From: a virus
DNA length: 64,000 nucleotides
Virus record (IMG/VR): IMGVR_UViG_3300031456_000001
Location: 1 to 64,000 of that record
Strand: one strand, 5' to 3'
The notes under the pieces were generated by a model. That model had not been told where the DNA came from, searched no databases, and was given only the letters and a program-made list of their open reading frames with translations. This document shows positions 45,218-55,462 of the stretch, piece after piece. Every line of letters starts with the position of its first letter. Position 1 is the stretch's first letter. Made by a program: the position numbers and the translations under genes.

Positions 45218-46069
45218 ATGCGCATTCTCGTAACCGGTGGTGGTGGCTTTCTCGGTGCCGCCACCGTGCAGGCGGGGGAGGCGATCGGCCACGAGATGTC
45301 GATCTTCGACCGCTCGACGGGGCTCGACATCACCAACCGGAAACTGATCTTCGACGCGTTCGAGGACATCGGGCCGCACCGCGTCATCCACCTGGCCGGC
45401 GTGCTCGGCACGGCCGAGCTGTTCGACGACCCACACATCGCGGTCGACGTCAACATCCACGGCACGCTCAACGTGTTGGAGGCGTGCACCGCATTCGGCG
45501 CGAGCTACACCGCGATCACCATGCCACCCGTGTTCAACTCCGTCTACACGGCAACCAAGGTGTGTGCCGACCGGCTCGCCACGGCCTGGCACGAGTCGAT
45601 GGGCCTGCACACGTCGAAAGTCGTCGCCTACAACGCCTACGGCGCCGGCCAGAAGCACGGCCCCGGCCACCCGCAGAAGATCATCCCGACCTTCGCGACG
45701 GAGGCGTGGGCCGGACGGCCGATCCCCGTGTGGGGCGACGGTGAGCAGACCGTCGACCTGGTGCACGCCGACGACCTCGGCCGGATGCTGGTCGCGGCCA
45801 CCGGGTTCAGCAACGACGAGGTCTTCGACGGCGGCGCCGGCTACGCGCTGACCGTCAACCAGGTCGCCGACTTCGTCAACGAGGTCACCGGCAACACCGC
45901 GGGCATCGAGTATCTGTCGATGCGCCGCGGTGAGAAGCCGACCCGCATCGTCGCCAAAGGTCGCGGCTGGGACCTGCTCGGCTGGCGGCCGACGATGGAA
46001 TGGGACCGGCTGTCCGCGGCGATCGAGGCGTACCGCCCGGCTGACCACGCAGGGGCGGGCGTCTCGTGA
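45218..46069 (+). CDS. NAD-dependent epimerase/dehydratase
   Basis: GGGGFLG, HLAG, YTATK (YxxxK), NAYG, WGDGEQ. Confidence 0.9.
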   Translation: MRILVTGGGGFLGAATVQAGEAIGHEMSIFDRSTGLDITNRKLIFDAFEDIGPHRVIHLAGVLGTAELFDDPHIAVDVNIHGTLNVLEACTAFGASYTAITMPPVFNSVYTATKVCADRLATAWHESMGLHTSKVVAYNAYGAGQKHGPGHPQKIIPTFATEAWAGRPIPVWGDGEQTVDLVHADDLGRMLVAATGFSNDEVFDGGAGYALTVNQVADFVNEVTGNTAGIEYLSMRRGEKPTRIVAKGRGWDLLGWRPTMEWDRLSAAIEAYRPADHAGAGVS

Positions 46070-46812
46070 TCCGTGCGACGGTGCTTACGTCCACAATGGA
46101 CGATTACGACACGCTGAAGCCGGTGCTGGCGCAGGACGGCGCCCAGGTCAACTGGGTGTGCCTCACCGACAGCAAGCAGCTACTGGCCGAGGCCAAGGAG
46201 TGGGGGATCACGTTCGACCGTGGCCCGCACGGCGACCACATGACCGGATTCGCGCACCCGACCGGCTGGCGGATCGTCTACTACGCGCGACCCGCCGACG
46301 AACACCCCAACCGGGCCGCCAAGAAGCCGAAGGTGGCGCCGCGGATGTTCACCGACGCCCCGTTCTCGGTGTGGCTCGACGCCAGCTTCCGCGTGGTCAG
46401 CCCCCGGTTCGTCGTCGACACGGTGACCCTGGCCGCCGAGTCGGATTCCGGTGTCGCCCAGTTCAAGCACCCGTGGCGTGACGACTACCGGGACGAGGCG
46501 GACGCCTCGCTGGCGCTGGTGAAGTACACCCACCAGCAGGGCATGATCCGGCGCCAGGCGGACGCCTACGACCACGCGGGGATGCCCCGGCACTGGGGCC
46601 TGTGGGCCACCGGTGTCATCGCCCGGCGGCACAGCGCGCCGGTCGTCGACTGGGGCCACGTCTGGGGCCGGGAAATCCGCAACCACTCCTACCAGGATCA
46701 GATCAGCCACCCGTATGCGTGCTGGCGCAACGGCATCCGGCCGGTCGACCTGCCCGGCGACCACTTCCACAACAACTGGCTTGCCTACGAAGGAAGTGCC
46801 CGTCATGGCTGA
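46066..46812 (+). CDS. DUF616-like glycosyltransferase
   Basis: YDTL, CLTD, VWLDAS, HPWRD, QDQIS. Confidence 0.78.
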   Translation: MIRATVLTSTMDDYDTLKPVLAQDGAQVNWVCLTDSKQLLAEAKEWGITFDRGPHGDHMTGFAHPTGWRIVYYARPADEHPNRAAKKPKVAPRMFTDAPFSVWLDASFRVVSPRFVVDTVTLAAESDSGVAQFKHPWRDDYRDEADASLALVKYTHQQGMIRRQADAYDHAGMPRHWGLWATGVIARRHSAPVVDWGHVWGREIRNHSYQDQISHPYACWRNGIRPVDLPGDHFHNNWLAYEGSARHG

Positions 46813-47812
46813 GCGCAAAGGAAAGCGGGTGCTCGTCTCCGGCGGTGGCGGTTTCATCGGCTCGCACCTGGTCGACGCCCTGCTGGCCGCGGGTCACGAG
46901 GTGTGGGTGTTCGACAACTGGTCGACCGGCCGCCCGTCCAACCTGGTCGATGCCTACGCTCACAAGCCCGGCGTGCACACCCACGTCGGCTCGGTGTCCT
47001 GGTGGCACGACGTCAAACAGGCGTTCGGCGAGTCCCTGCCGGAGGTCGTGTTCCACCTGGCCGCGCAGACCGATGTGCGGATCTCGGTCACCGATCCGGT
47101 CCACGACATGGTGACCAACGTCGAGGGCACGCTGAACGTGCTGCGGGCCTGCGACGAGTTCGGGGTGCGCCGCTTCGTGCTGGCCTCCTCCGCGGCCGTG
47201 TACGGCCATCACACCGACCCGGTCGACCTGGGCACCCCGTACGCCCCGATCTCGCCGTACGGGGCGTCCAAGGCCGCCGCGGAGGGCTATGCGGCCATGT
47301 TCGACCGGCTGGCCACCTACCGGGGTGTGCTGACCATCGGCGAGGCGCCGAACTGCACGACGGTGATCATGTCGAACGTGTACGGCCCGCGGCAGCGGCC
47401 CGGCGCCGGCGCGGTCAACATCTTCGCGCGGGCGCTGCTGGCCGGGGAGCCGATGACGCTGTACGGCGACGGTCACAACGTGCGCGACTACGTCTATGTC
47501 ACCGACGCGGTGCGCACGCTGCAGTGGGCGGGGGGCTGCCTGCCGGCTGACTACCGGTCCTGGTGGCCGTCGCGGGTGCTGTGCGGCACCGGCGTCGGCA
47601 CCACCGATGCCGATCTGCTGAGCGTGGTGGCCCGGGAGGTGGAGCGTCAGGCCGGCGCGCCGATGTGGGTGGAGGGCCTGACCGAAGCGAGGCCCACCCG
47701 GCCGGAGGACATCCGTTCGATGGTGTTCGCCGGTGAGCGGGTGGGGCGCATCCCGCTGGCCGAGGGCGTGCGGCTGACCGTCGAGGCGCTGCGGAAGGAG
47801 CTGGGGTTGTGA
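46805..47812 (+). CDS. NAD-dependent epimerase (UDP-glucose 4-epimerase-like)
   Basis: GGGGFIGSH, HLAAQ, SSAAVYG, YGASK, NVYGPRQ, RDYVYV. Confidence 0.9.
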   Translation: MAERKGKRVLVSGGGGFIGSHLVDALLAAGHEVWVFDNWSTGRPSNLVDAYAHKPGVHTHVGSVSWWHDVKQAFGESLPEVVFHLAAQTDVRISVTDPVHDMVTNVEGTLNVLRACDEFGVRRFVLASSAAVYGHHTDPVDLGTPYAPISPYGASKAAAEGYAAMFDRLATYRGVLTIGEAPNCTTVIMSNVYGPRQRPGAGAVNIFARALLAGEPMTLYGDGHNVRDYVYVTDAVRTLQWAGGCLPADYRSWWPSRVLCGTGVGTTDADLLSVVAREVERQAGAPMWVEGLTEARPTRPEDIRSMVFAGERVGRIPLAEGVRLTVEALRKELGL

Positions 47813-48459
47813 TCGACACGTACGGGGTACCGGTGCCGGGCCTACCGACGGTACCGGTCACCGTGGTCACGCCGACGCATCCGGCGCGCGGCGCCGCGGA
47901 GCTGCCGGGCACACTGCTCGGCCGGGCGGTGGCCAGCGTGCGGGCGCAGATGCTGCAGCCGGCCGGCGGGATCTCGATCGTCTGCGACCTGAACGGCGAC
48001 GGCGCGGCGACCACCCGGCAGCGCGCGCTCGACGGGGTCGAGACGGAGTGGGTCAGCTTCCTGGACAGCGACGACTACTGGTATCCGCAGCACCTGCGGG
48101 TGCACTGCGATCTGCTACATGAGCAGGGAGCGGATGTAGCGTATTCCTGGTTTGGGGGCAATCGTCCGTTTCCGGAGTCGACGCATCGGGGTATTCCGTT
48201 CGACCCGGCGCATCCGCACCACATCACGATGACGCTGACGGTGCGCACGAGCCTGGCGAAGGCTGCGGGGTTCGGCGATCGGCCCCTCGACCCGGAGTGG
48301 GCCGGCGAGGACTGGATCTTCATCCTGCGCCTGTGCGAGCTGGGCGCGCGGTTCGTCGGCACCGGCGAGGAGACCTGGTTCTACGACGCCGGCCACGGCG
48401 GCAACACCTCGGGGCACCCGGGGCGCGGCGACGGCCCGTCGGCGGTGCCGATCCGATGA
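47809..48459 (+). CDS. family 2 glycosyltransferase
   Basis: GAATTR, FLDSDD, EDW, GNTSG; similar to the GT at 376-987. Confidence 0.85.
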   Translation: MIDTYGVPVPGLPTVPVTVVTPTHPARGAAELPGTLLGRAVASVRAQMLQPAGGISIVCDLNGDGAATTRQRALDGVETEWVSFLDSDDYWYPQHLRVHCDLLHEQGADVAYSWFGGNRPFPESTHRGIPFDPAHPHHITMTLTVRTSLAKAAGFGDRPLDPEWAGEDWIFILRLCELGARFVGTGEETWFYDAGHGGNTSGHPGRGDGPSAVPIR

Positions 48460-48803
48460 GCAGGCCCGGCGCCCCCGGCACGTGGAACCGCGAGCTGTGG
48501 TGCGCGTTCGCCTACGCCGGGTCGCGCCGGTTCGGCCTCATCCCGCCGTACCACAGCCGGGGCTTCCTGGTCACGGCGGCCGAACCGAACATGCCGTGGG
48601 GCCGCTCGACGCACGTCAGCGGCTACCTGTCGCACGCCGTCGGCATGCTCACCCTGGCGTGGCGGGGCGGCCGGTACGCGGGCGCTGCGGCGCGCTGGCG
48701 GTGCGGGGCGCAGACGGTCCACTTCCGCCTGGAAGCGGAACCGTCGGGGCCGCTGTGCCCGCTGTGCATGATCGAACGACCGGCAGGACGGAGAGGGCAT
48801 TGA
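48456..48803 (+). CDS. hypothetical protein
   Basis: ATGA overlap; C-terminal CPLC. Confidence 0.45.
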   Translation: MSRPGAPGTWNRELWCAFAYAGSRRFGLIPPYHSRGFLVTAAEPNMPWGRSTHVSGYLSHAVGMLTLAWRGGRYAGAAARWRCGAQTVHFRLEAEPSGPLCPLCMIERPAGRRGH

Positions 48804-49498
48804 TAGCGTTCGTCATCTTCAGGGACCGGGTCAGCTATGCCAGGCGGTGCATCGATGCCCTGTACGATGCCAGGCTCGACGTCGTCATCGTCGACCACGA
48901 CTCGGCGTGGCCGTCGGCGCTGGACCTGCTCGACCGGGCGCGGAGGCTGCCGGCGCTGCACGACGGCACACCGCGGCTGGTGCGGGATACGAACCGGCAT
49001 CCCCGGGACCTGTGGCGGCTCGGCGGTCCGATCGGGGCGGCCGTCGGGCCGGGTGAGCGGTTCATCGTCACCGACTGCGACGTGGTGCCGGACGAGGGCT
49101 GCCCGGGCGACTGGCCGGCGCTGCTCGGCGAGCTGCTCGACCGCTTCCCCAACGTCGCCAAGGCGGGCCTGGGCCTGCGCATCGACGACCTGCCCGACCA
49201 CTTCGCCCACAAGGCGCGGGTGATCGAATGGGAGACCGGTGTGCTCGACGGCGTGTACGCGGAGGGCCGGGCGCGCCGCGGCGACATCGACACCACCCTG
49301 GCCATGTACCGGCGGTATGAGCCGTTCGCGCTGGGTCCGGCGCTGCGCACGGTGGCGCCGTACATGGCCCGGCATCTGCCCTGGTACGAGGACACCGCCA
49401 ACCCGACACCCGAACAGGCGTTCTACCGCAAGTACGCGGAGTATGGCCACTGGCGTGATCCGGACGGGTACGCCGACACGCACAACCTGGAGGCATAA
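48800..49498 (+). CDS. family 2-like glycosyltransferase
   Basis: IFRDR, VDHDS, TDCD, KAGLGLRIDD, IDTT, HLPWY. Confidence 0.78.
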   Translation: MIAFVIFRDRVSYARRCIDALYDARLDVVIVDHDSAWPSALDLLDRARRLPALHDGTPRLVRDTNRHPRDLWRLGGPIGAAVGPGERFIVTDCDVVPDEGCPGDWPALLGELLDRFPNVAKAGLGLRIDDLPDHFAHKARVIEWETGVLDGVYAEGRARRGDIDTTLAMYRRYEPFALGPALRTVAPYMARHLPWYEDTANPTPEQAFYRKYAEYGHWRDPDGYADTHNLEA

Positions 49499-51210
49499 TG
49501 GACGAACAGACGTTCGAATTCACGGAACGCCCTGGCGAGCCGCTCACCCTGGAAGGGGCGGTGTTCGAGGCGCTCGGCGCGGCCTCGATGTGCTGGACGG
49601 AGCCGCCCGCGGGCGTCTTCGACAGCACGCGGGCGATGGTCGTCGGCAACGCGCTGGTCGAGCGCATCCGCCGGGGTGACCCTCGCATGACCGTCGAGGA
49701 GATCCCGGCCGCACCGGAGCCGGCGAAACTGACCGCGATCCGCTGGCTGCGTAACGGCGACCATCCCGCCGACGGCGACACGTACCCGCGCCTGGAAGGC
49801 GCCGTGGTGCGCTTCTTCCGGCACCCCGACTTCCCCGGCGACCAGAAGCACAACGGACCGGGCGGCTGCTGGGAGCGGTGGCACGACCACGGCTGGATCG
49901 ACGACGTGCCGGCCGGCATCACCGTCTGCCCCGGCGACCTCGTCGTCGACCTGCCCGACGGCGGCCACGAGGTGCTGAAGCTGGGCCGGGGCGCCCACCG
50001 GGACCGCAACGACCACTACGTGCCAGCCGGACTGAGCTTGGACGGCAAGCCGCAGTTCGTCGAAGTGTCGGAACCGCGCGAGCTGAACCCGCAGTGGGCC
50101 ATGGACATGCTGGAGAGCGCCGCGCGCCTCCTGCTGCAGGTGCGCCACGGTGGCCCGGACGTGCCGCCGGAACTACCCGCCCAGATTGGCCACTGGCTGG
50201 GCGAGCACGACCCAGAGGGGTTCAAGGGCTGGTCCGGTCTGCCGCGCCCGGCGAGGACGGCCCGGCTGGCCATGGCCATGCCCGACGAGCTGAACCGCGA
50301 CCAGAACCACTGGTGGTGGGCGGACCTGTCCGCCGACGGCGAAGACGCCGGCACGCACTGGTCGGTGTTCCGCGGCCACCGGGTCCAGGTCGATGTGGAG
50401 CTGCACACCAGCAACCGGCGCGAGGTCAACGACTGGAAGGGCCGCGACGAGATCCGGGCCGGCGGCGAATGGTCGATCAAGCTGAACCGGCAGCAGGTCT
50501 ACGACGGGTACATCGGACTGGACGTGCCGGCGACACTGCGGAAGATCGCCGACAAGGTCGAGGCGCTCATCGGCGACAACACGGGCGGGGGCTGCCCCGG
50601 TTTCGACCTGGCCGACCCGACACCGTTCGAGGAGCAGCTGACGGGCCGGCGGGTCTACTACCGCGACACCCCCGCCGTGGTCAGCTCGGCGTCGGTGCTG
50701 CACCAGGGCTGCGTCATGCTGAAGCCGGTGGGCGGCTTCAGCGCGTTCCCCCGGCAGGGGTATGACCTGGACCGGGAACCGGACGGCACCGGCCACGGCG
50801 AGCAGGACTCGTATGACGAGTTCGAGGCCCGTGAGGTGAAGGTCGAGATCGACAGCCCGCACATCTGGTGGTGGCGGGACCGGCCGTACAGCGCGGACGA
50901 AACGGACGGGCGCTACCGCCCGAGACGGAACAGGGAGGCCAAGATGGAGGCGAAGGAGCAAGGCGAGCCGCAGGAGGCGCCGGAGTTCAACCCGGCGTCG
51001 GGTAACCCGGTGCCGGAGGATATGCGGCCCGGCCAGAAGTCGCCGTGGAAGCCGCTCACGGCTGGCGGATCGATGTACGTGGCGCCGCTCGGAACCGAGG
51101 TGCCGGACGTGGTCTTCCAACCGCTGCCGCCGGTCGACGACGAGCAGGCCGGGCAGGCGCGTGAGTCGGTACCGGTCGAGGCTGGCGACGACGAGGGCGA
51201 CGACAGCTAG
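49498..51210 (+). CDS. large composite hypothetical protein
   Basis: several recognisable phage-type modules (ALGAASMCW...GVFDS; W.RNGDHP...EG.VVRFFRHP...HGWID). Confidence 0.65.
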   Translation: MDEQTFEFTERPGEPLTLEGAVFEALGAASMCWTEPPAGVFDSTRAMVVGNALVERIRRGDPRMTVEEIPAAPEPAKLTAIRWLRNGDHPADGDTYPRLEGAVVRFFRHPDFPGDQKHNGPGGCWERWHDHGWIDDVPAGITVCPGDLVVDLPDGGHEVLKLGRGAHRDRNDHYVPAGLSLDGKPQFVEVSEPRELNPQWAMDMLESAARLLLQVRHGGPDVPPELPAQIGHWLGEHDPEGFKGWSGLPRPARTARLAMAMPDELNRDQNHWWWADLSADGEDAGTHWSVFRGHRVQVDVELHTSNRREVNDWKGRDEIRAGGEWSIKLNRQQVYDGYIGLDVPATLRKIADKVEALIGDNTGGGCPGFDLADPTPFEEQLTGRRVYYRDTPAVVSSASVLHQGCVMLKPVGGFSAFPRQGYDLDREPDGTGHGEQDSYDEFEAREVKVEIDSPHIWWWRDRPYSADETDGRYRPRRNREAKMEAKEQGEPQEAPEFNPASGNPVPEDMRPGQKSPWKPLTAGGSMYVAPLGTEVPDVVFQPLPPVDDEQAGQARESVPVEAGDDEGDDS

Positions 51211-51455
51211 GCAGCCCCGACGATGAGGCCGGCGACGGTGAAGGCGAGCCCCGCGGCGAGCAGGTTGAAGCGGGGCGCGCCGACACCCGGGGCGAACGTG
51301 GCGACGCCGAAGAGTACGACGGCGACGATCCAGAGCACGAGCTGCAGTGTCATGCCCTGGTGGTACCCCGCGGGCGGCCGGGCCTACCCGGCGACCGCGG
51401 CAACAGGGAACACCCCCACCGACGCCCGGCGGGGGTATTTGGCTGGTGGGGCCGC

Positions 51456-51863
51456 TCAGACGGCCTCGTACTGCCAGATCGGGTGACGGACGATTTCGCC
51501 CCGCTCGGTCCGGCGACGGTCGTTGTCGTTCTGGTAGGCGGCACGCTCGGTGCGACGGTCGTCACCCCACCCGTTCAGCTCGACGTATTCGGCGGTGACG
51601 TAGAGGGCGCCGTGCGGCTGCCACGTAAACACATCGCTGGTGACCCGGATGATGTAGCCGCTCGACGCGTGCCGCAGGAGCGCGCCGACGCGGACGGCGG
51701 GAAGTACGGCCTGCTCCTTGGCAACTCGCTGCGCGTCCCAGTAGGCGAGGACCGCGGTCAGCAGCCGCTCACCGGTCATCTTGGAGCGGAGCGGGATCTT
51801 GTATTCGGTGGCGTAGCGGCGAAGTTCGGTGATGCTGTAGTTGCCGAACAGCGTGCGGGCCAT
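51456..51863 (-). CDS. hypothetical protein
   Basis: GGAGG RBS downstream of promoter TTGACA-N18-TATTCT. Confidence 0.65.
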   Translation of the reverse strand: MARTLFGNYSITELRRYATEYKIPLRSKMTGERLLTAVLAYWDAQRVAKEQAVLPAVRVGALLRHASSGYIIRVTSDVFTWQPHGALYVTAEYVELNGWGDDRRTERAAYQNDNDRRRTERGEIVRHPIWQYEAV

Positions 51864-51937
51864 GACTGCCTCCGGGTGTCCGGCGGGCCGTTCCCGCCAA
51901 CAAGGCAAGAATAGCAAACTGTCACACGACGTGTCAA

Positions 51938-52132
51938 CTACCGGCGGCGGCCGCGGGCCTTGCGGGTGCGGGCGGCCTTGCGGGCCATGCGGACGCGCTG
52001 GCCGTGGAAGCGGCCGGCGTTCGAGATCCGGGCGGCCTTGCTCTTGCTGGCGCCCTTGCGGCGCAACGCCTTGTACACCCGCTGCCGGGAGGGATAGACG
52101 AATCCATATCTCCCGCCACGCGCACTGACCAC
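51938..52132 (-). CDS. small basic protein
   Basis: VYKALRRKGASKSKAARISNA. Confidence 0.6.
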   Translation of the reverse strand: MVSARGGRYGFVYPSRQRVYKALRRKGASKSKAARISNAGRFHGQRVRMARKAARTRKARGRRR

Positions 52133-52873
52133 GGTGACCACCTCCACCGTCGAGGGTACCCAGCAGGAAGCCCCCGGTCACTCCCTTCGGAGGCCGGGGG
52201 CTCACGTGCAGGTCAGAGGACGATGAACGACCCGCGCCACTCATCCCAGGAGATCGAGTCGACGATGCCGGACCCGGAGATCACGATCCGGTCGCCGTCG
52301 AGGCCGATCACCTCGAAGTCGAGGCCGACCCAGATGCTGCGGATGATGCTGCCGATGCGGATCATGTCCGGCCCCTCTCGTTGGTGGAGAACCCAACCTA
52401 GCAGACTGTCACGTCACGTGTCAATTATGCACAGCCTGTCGACGCCTCGCAGGTCGAGGCTGTAGCACAGCTCCAGTTCCTTCAGGTCGTGGATGTCGAC
52501 CTCCATCCAGGCCAGGCCGCCGTAGATCCGTAGCTGCTCGCCGTGGATCCGAACCTCGACCGGCTGGTCGGCGGCCGGGGCCAGGCCGGCGGCGATGAGC
52601 GCCTGCAGGCGTCGCATCTGCCGGGCGGTGCAGTGCGGTACCCGGATGCGCCAACTCCGATGCGGCACCGTCCAGACCGGACCGACGTCCCCGACGACCG
52701 ACATTCCCTCAGGTTCGTCGATGTCGAGGGTGGCGACGAGGGGGCCGATGTCGTTGATCGAGACGAGGGCGTCGCCTTCCATCCGGCTCACCAGGTGCCT
52801 GCCCGGTGCCCGACGACCGCCACGAACAGGGCGGCCAGGGCCAGGATGACCAGAACGGCCAGGATGCCGCGCA

Positions 52874-53488
52874 TCAGGCCCGCACCCCCGGCGGCAGCTC
52901 CAGCTTGTCGAGGGCCTTGCGGTGTTTCGCGGGCAGCTCGACGAGCGGCTCACCGAGCAGTTCGCAGCCCAGCGCCATCAGGGCGACCGCGTCGGCCTTG
53001 TTGTCGTCGTACGTGGTCAGCACCTTGCCGGCCTTGCTCGTCCTGTGGATCTCGAAGGCGGGGAACCACTCGGCGATCCCCGCGATGACCTCGCGCTTGT
53101 TGGCGTTGCCCATGCCGCAGGCGTAGAGCTTCACCACGGACGGCTGCACGACCAGTATCGGCACGCCGTGCACGGTAAGCAGGTGGACAACCCGCCACCA
53201 CACGTGACAGCGCTCCGGGTCGACGCTGGTACGTGCCGACGGCAACGCCTCGACGAGCACCAGCCGGGGCGGGTCTGTGGCGCCGGGCGGGCCGCTGCCG
53301 ACCCAGTTGGCCAGGGTGACCGCGAGGTCTTCGAGTCCTGCGGCGCGCTGTGCTTCGGCGATCCGGTCGTTGGTGAGTCCTGCCGCACCGCGGGTGCCGA
53401 CGGTGCCGTCGGGCCAGGCGAGTGCGGTTGCGGTGAGGGACAGGTCGAGGCCGCCGACATCGGGCAGGGTGGTCGGGGGTGCGGTCAC
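52874..53488 (-). CDS. RuvC-like Holliday junction resolvase
   Basis: GLDLSLTAT, LVE, VKLYACG.GNANK, DNKADA. Confidence 0.88.
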   Translation of the reverse strand: MTAPPTTLPDVGGLDLSLTATALAWPDGTVGTRGAAGLTNDRIAEAQRAAGLEDLAVTLANWVGSGPPGATDPPRLVLVEALPSARTSVDPERCHVWWRVVHLLTVHGVPILVVQPSVVKLYACGMGNANKREVIAGIAEWFPAFEIHRTSKAGKVLTTYDDNKADAVALMALGCELLGEPLVELPAKHRKALDKLELPPGVRA

Positions 53489-53550
53489 GGGTTGCCTCCT
53501 GGGTGGTACGGGAGCGGCCCGCCCGGCGGTTGCCGGGCGGGCATTGTCGA

Positions 53551-53790
53551 TCATGCCTGGCCTACGTGCCAGAGCTGGCAGATGCCGCACCGATAGGCGT
53601 TCAGCGTGGTGTTTCCGGAGCGCATCTTGTCGGCGCCGGTGCGCAGGATCTGCCGGGCGTGGCCCCTGGCCTGCCACTCCGCGGCGTGGCCGATCTTGGG
53701 CTTGCCGCCCGTGGAGTAGTGCTGGCGCGGATCCTGCGGCAGCAGGCATTCCCTGCAGACGCATTTCGGTCCGTGTGGGTCTCGACTCAT
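53551..53790 (-). CDS. small zinc-finger protein
   Basis: AYRCGICQLWHVG. Confidence 0.6.
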   Translation of the reverse strand: MSRDPHGPKCVCRECLLPQDPRQHYSTGGKPKIGHAAEWQARGHARQILRTGADKMRSGNTTLNAYRCGICQLWHVGQA

Positions 53791-54983
53791 CGGCGTTCCC
53801 GCAGCGCCGCCTCGATGCGATCGAAGCTCTCCTCGGCCTCTCCCGGGGGAAAGCTCACGGGCAGCGAACGGCACATGCTGAGCATCCATCGGCGCAGCTT
53901 GTCCACGTCGGCCAGCGCGACGGCGGCGCGATCGCTGATGCCGTTGCGCGCCTCGGCGGGGGTGCCCGTGTGCTCGGCGGCGTTCTGGCCACAGCGCGGG
54001 CACAACTCGATCTCGGCGACCCACGGCCGCCCGCAGGTGCGCGCCTCGGCGGGGGTGGTGGGCTGGTCGTCGAGATCACTATCGGGGGCGCCGGAGATGA
54101 TGCTCGCGCCGTAGCCACCGCAGTCGTTCATCGTATCGGTGCCGAACGTGTCGATCACGTCCCGTCGATGCGCCGGAGTCATCGCGTTCCACTCGGTCCG
54201 CGGGATCTCCATGCGCTCGGTCGTCTCGATCATCTGCTCGACGTGCGCTTCGATGATCACCGGCTCGTTGTTCTCGGCGGGGGTGGTGGGCGGGTACGGG
54301 TAGGGCTCTTCGCCCTTGGCGAATTTGGCCAGCTCGGCGCGCAGTCCGGTCGCGTAGGCGTTGTACTCGGGAGTTCCTGGCGGGAACGTGGGCGCGGCGA
54401 GCATGCCATCCGGCTGGCCCCAACCCTGCTCCCCATCGTCCGGCCCGCCCCAGCGGCCATCGACGGCGCGGGCATGGGCCGCATCACGTTCGATGCGAGC
54501 GTCCCGCTCGTTGTATGCCTCGACCAGCGCCTTTGCCCTGTCGCGATCGGCCGTCTCACCGGAGGCGACCAGCTCGAACGCCGGCACCGCGGCGGCCATA
54601 TCCTGATCGCCCGCGGCCTTGACTGCCGCGCAGAGCCTGCGGTGCGTGTCGTTGATGACCTCGGTGCGCCGCGCGTCCATGTCCAGCGCCTCGGCATACG
54701 CCCGGTCAATCTCACCGCTGCACGCCTCGTCCCACACCTGGGCGGGCGTCGTCGCTACCTGGTGGACGCCGTGACTGCGCTTCGCCTCACGCAGGATGCC
54801 GCGGTCCATCAGGGCGACCACGGTGTTGACGCCGGTGCCGCGCCCGCAATCGCGCACCGGATCGACGTTCCCGTGCTGGTTCAGCGCACGCACCAGGCGC
54901 TGCATCGCGGGGGACAGCTTCACCTCGCGGTCCAGGACGTGGGAGAAGGTGTAGCCACGATCGTCGATCGGGAAGTTCGGCAT
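53787..54983 (-). CDS. hypothetical protein
   Basis: GAGGAGG RBS downstream of promoter TTGACA-N18-TAGTCT. Confidence 0.65.
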   Translation of the reverse strand: MPNFPIDDRGYTFSHVLDREVKLSPAMQRLVRALNQHGNVDPVRDCGRGTGVNTVVALMDRGILREAKRSHGVHQVATTPAQVWDEACSGEIDRAYAEALDMDARRTEVINDTHRRLCAAVKAAGDQDMAAAVPAFELVASGETADRDRAKALVEAYNERDARIERDAAHARAVDGRWGGPDDGEQGWGQPDGMLAAPTFPPGTPEYNAYATGLRAELAKFAKGEEPYPYPPTTPAENNEPVIIEAHVEQMIETTERMEIPRTEWNAMTPAHRRDVIDTFGTDTMNDCGGYGASIISGAPDSDLDDQPTTPAEARTCGRPWVAEIELCPRCGQNAAEHTGTPAEARNGISDRAAVALADVDKLRRWMLSMCRSLPVSFPPGEAEESFDRIEAALRERR

Positions 54984-55043
54984 CTGGGGCCTCCTCGTTG
55001 GTGGAGACCCCAGACTAGCAAACTGTCACGCGACGTGTCAACT

Positions 55044-55134
55044 GTCGTGGGCTGGTGCCGGGAAGGCGAGTCGATCCGGGTGGGCTGGACGGGAAAGTCG
55101 GCTCGGTCAGCAACGCGGTTGGGCCGGATAGTCA
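55044..55134 (-). repeat. CGAC-(pentamer)n periodic tract H
   Basis: TGAC TATCC GGCCC...; CGAC TTTCC CGTCC AGCCC ACCCG; CGAC TCGCC TTCCC GGCAC CAGCC. Confidence 0.75.
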
Positions 55135-55452
55135 GCCGGTCGACGGCGGCAGTGGGCTGACCACGCCGGTCTCGGCGGCCTGTGCGGCCCGCTCGTCGGC
55201 AACATCCTTCGGCACCAGCGGCACGCCGCGGTCATCCTGCGGCGCCGCCGTCGGCGTCGTCACCGACTGCACGTAGAACGCCCAGGCACCGCCGACGACC
55301 GCCCAGGCGAGGGCGACGATCGCGACCGCCTTCACCGGGATCAGGTCGACGGCGCCGGCACCGCCGAGGAATGCGAGCACGGCGGTGTTGAGCACGCCGT
55401 AGAACAGCACCGGCCGCGGGCGGCTACCGGCCGGGGAAGGGGAGTTCGACAC
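55132..55452 (-). CDS. holin-like membrane protein
   Basis: two transmembrane helices, V(T)TP tail, within the lysis cassette. Confidence 0.7.
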   Translation of the reverse strand: MSNSPSPAGSRPRPVLFYGVLNTAVLAFLGGAGAVDLIPVKAVAIVALAWAVVGGAWAFYVQSVTTPTAAPQDDRGVPLVPKDVADERAAQAAETGVVSPLPPSTG

Positions 55453-55462
55453 GAGGGGCCTC

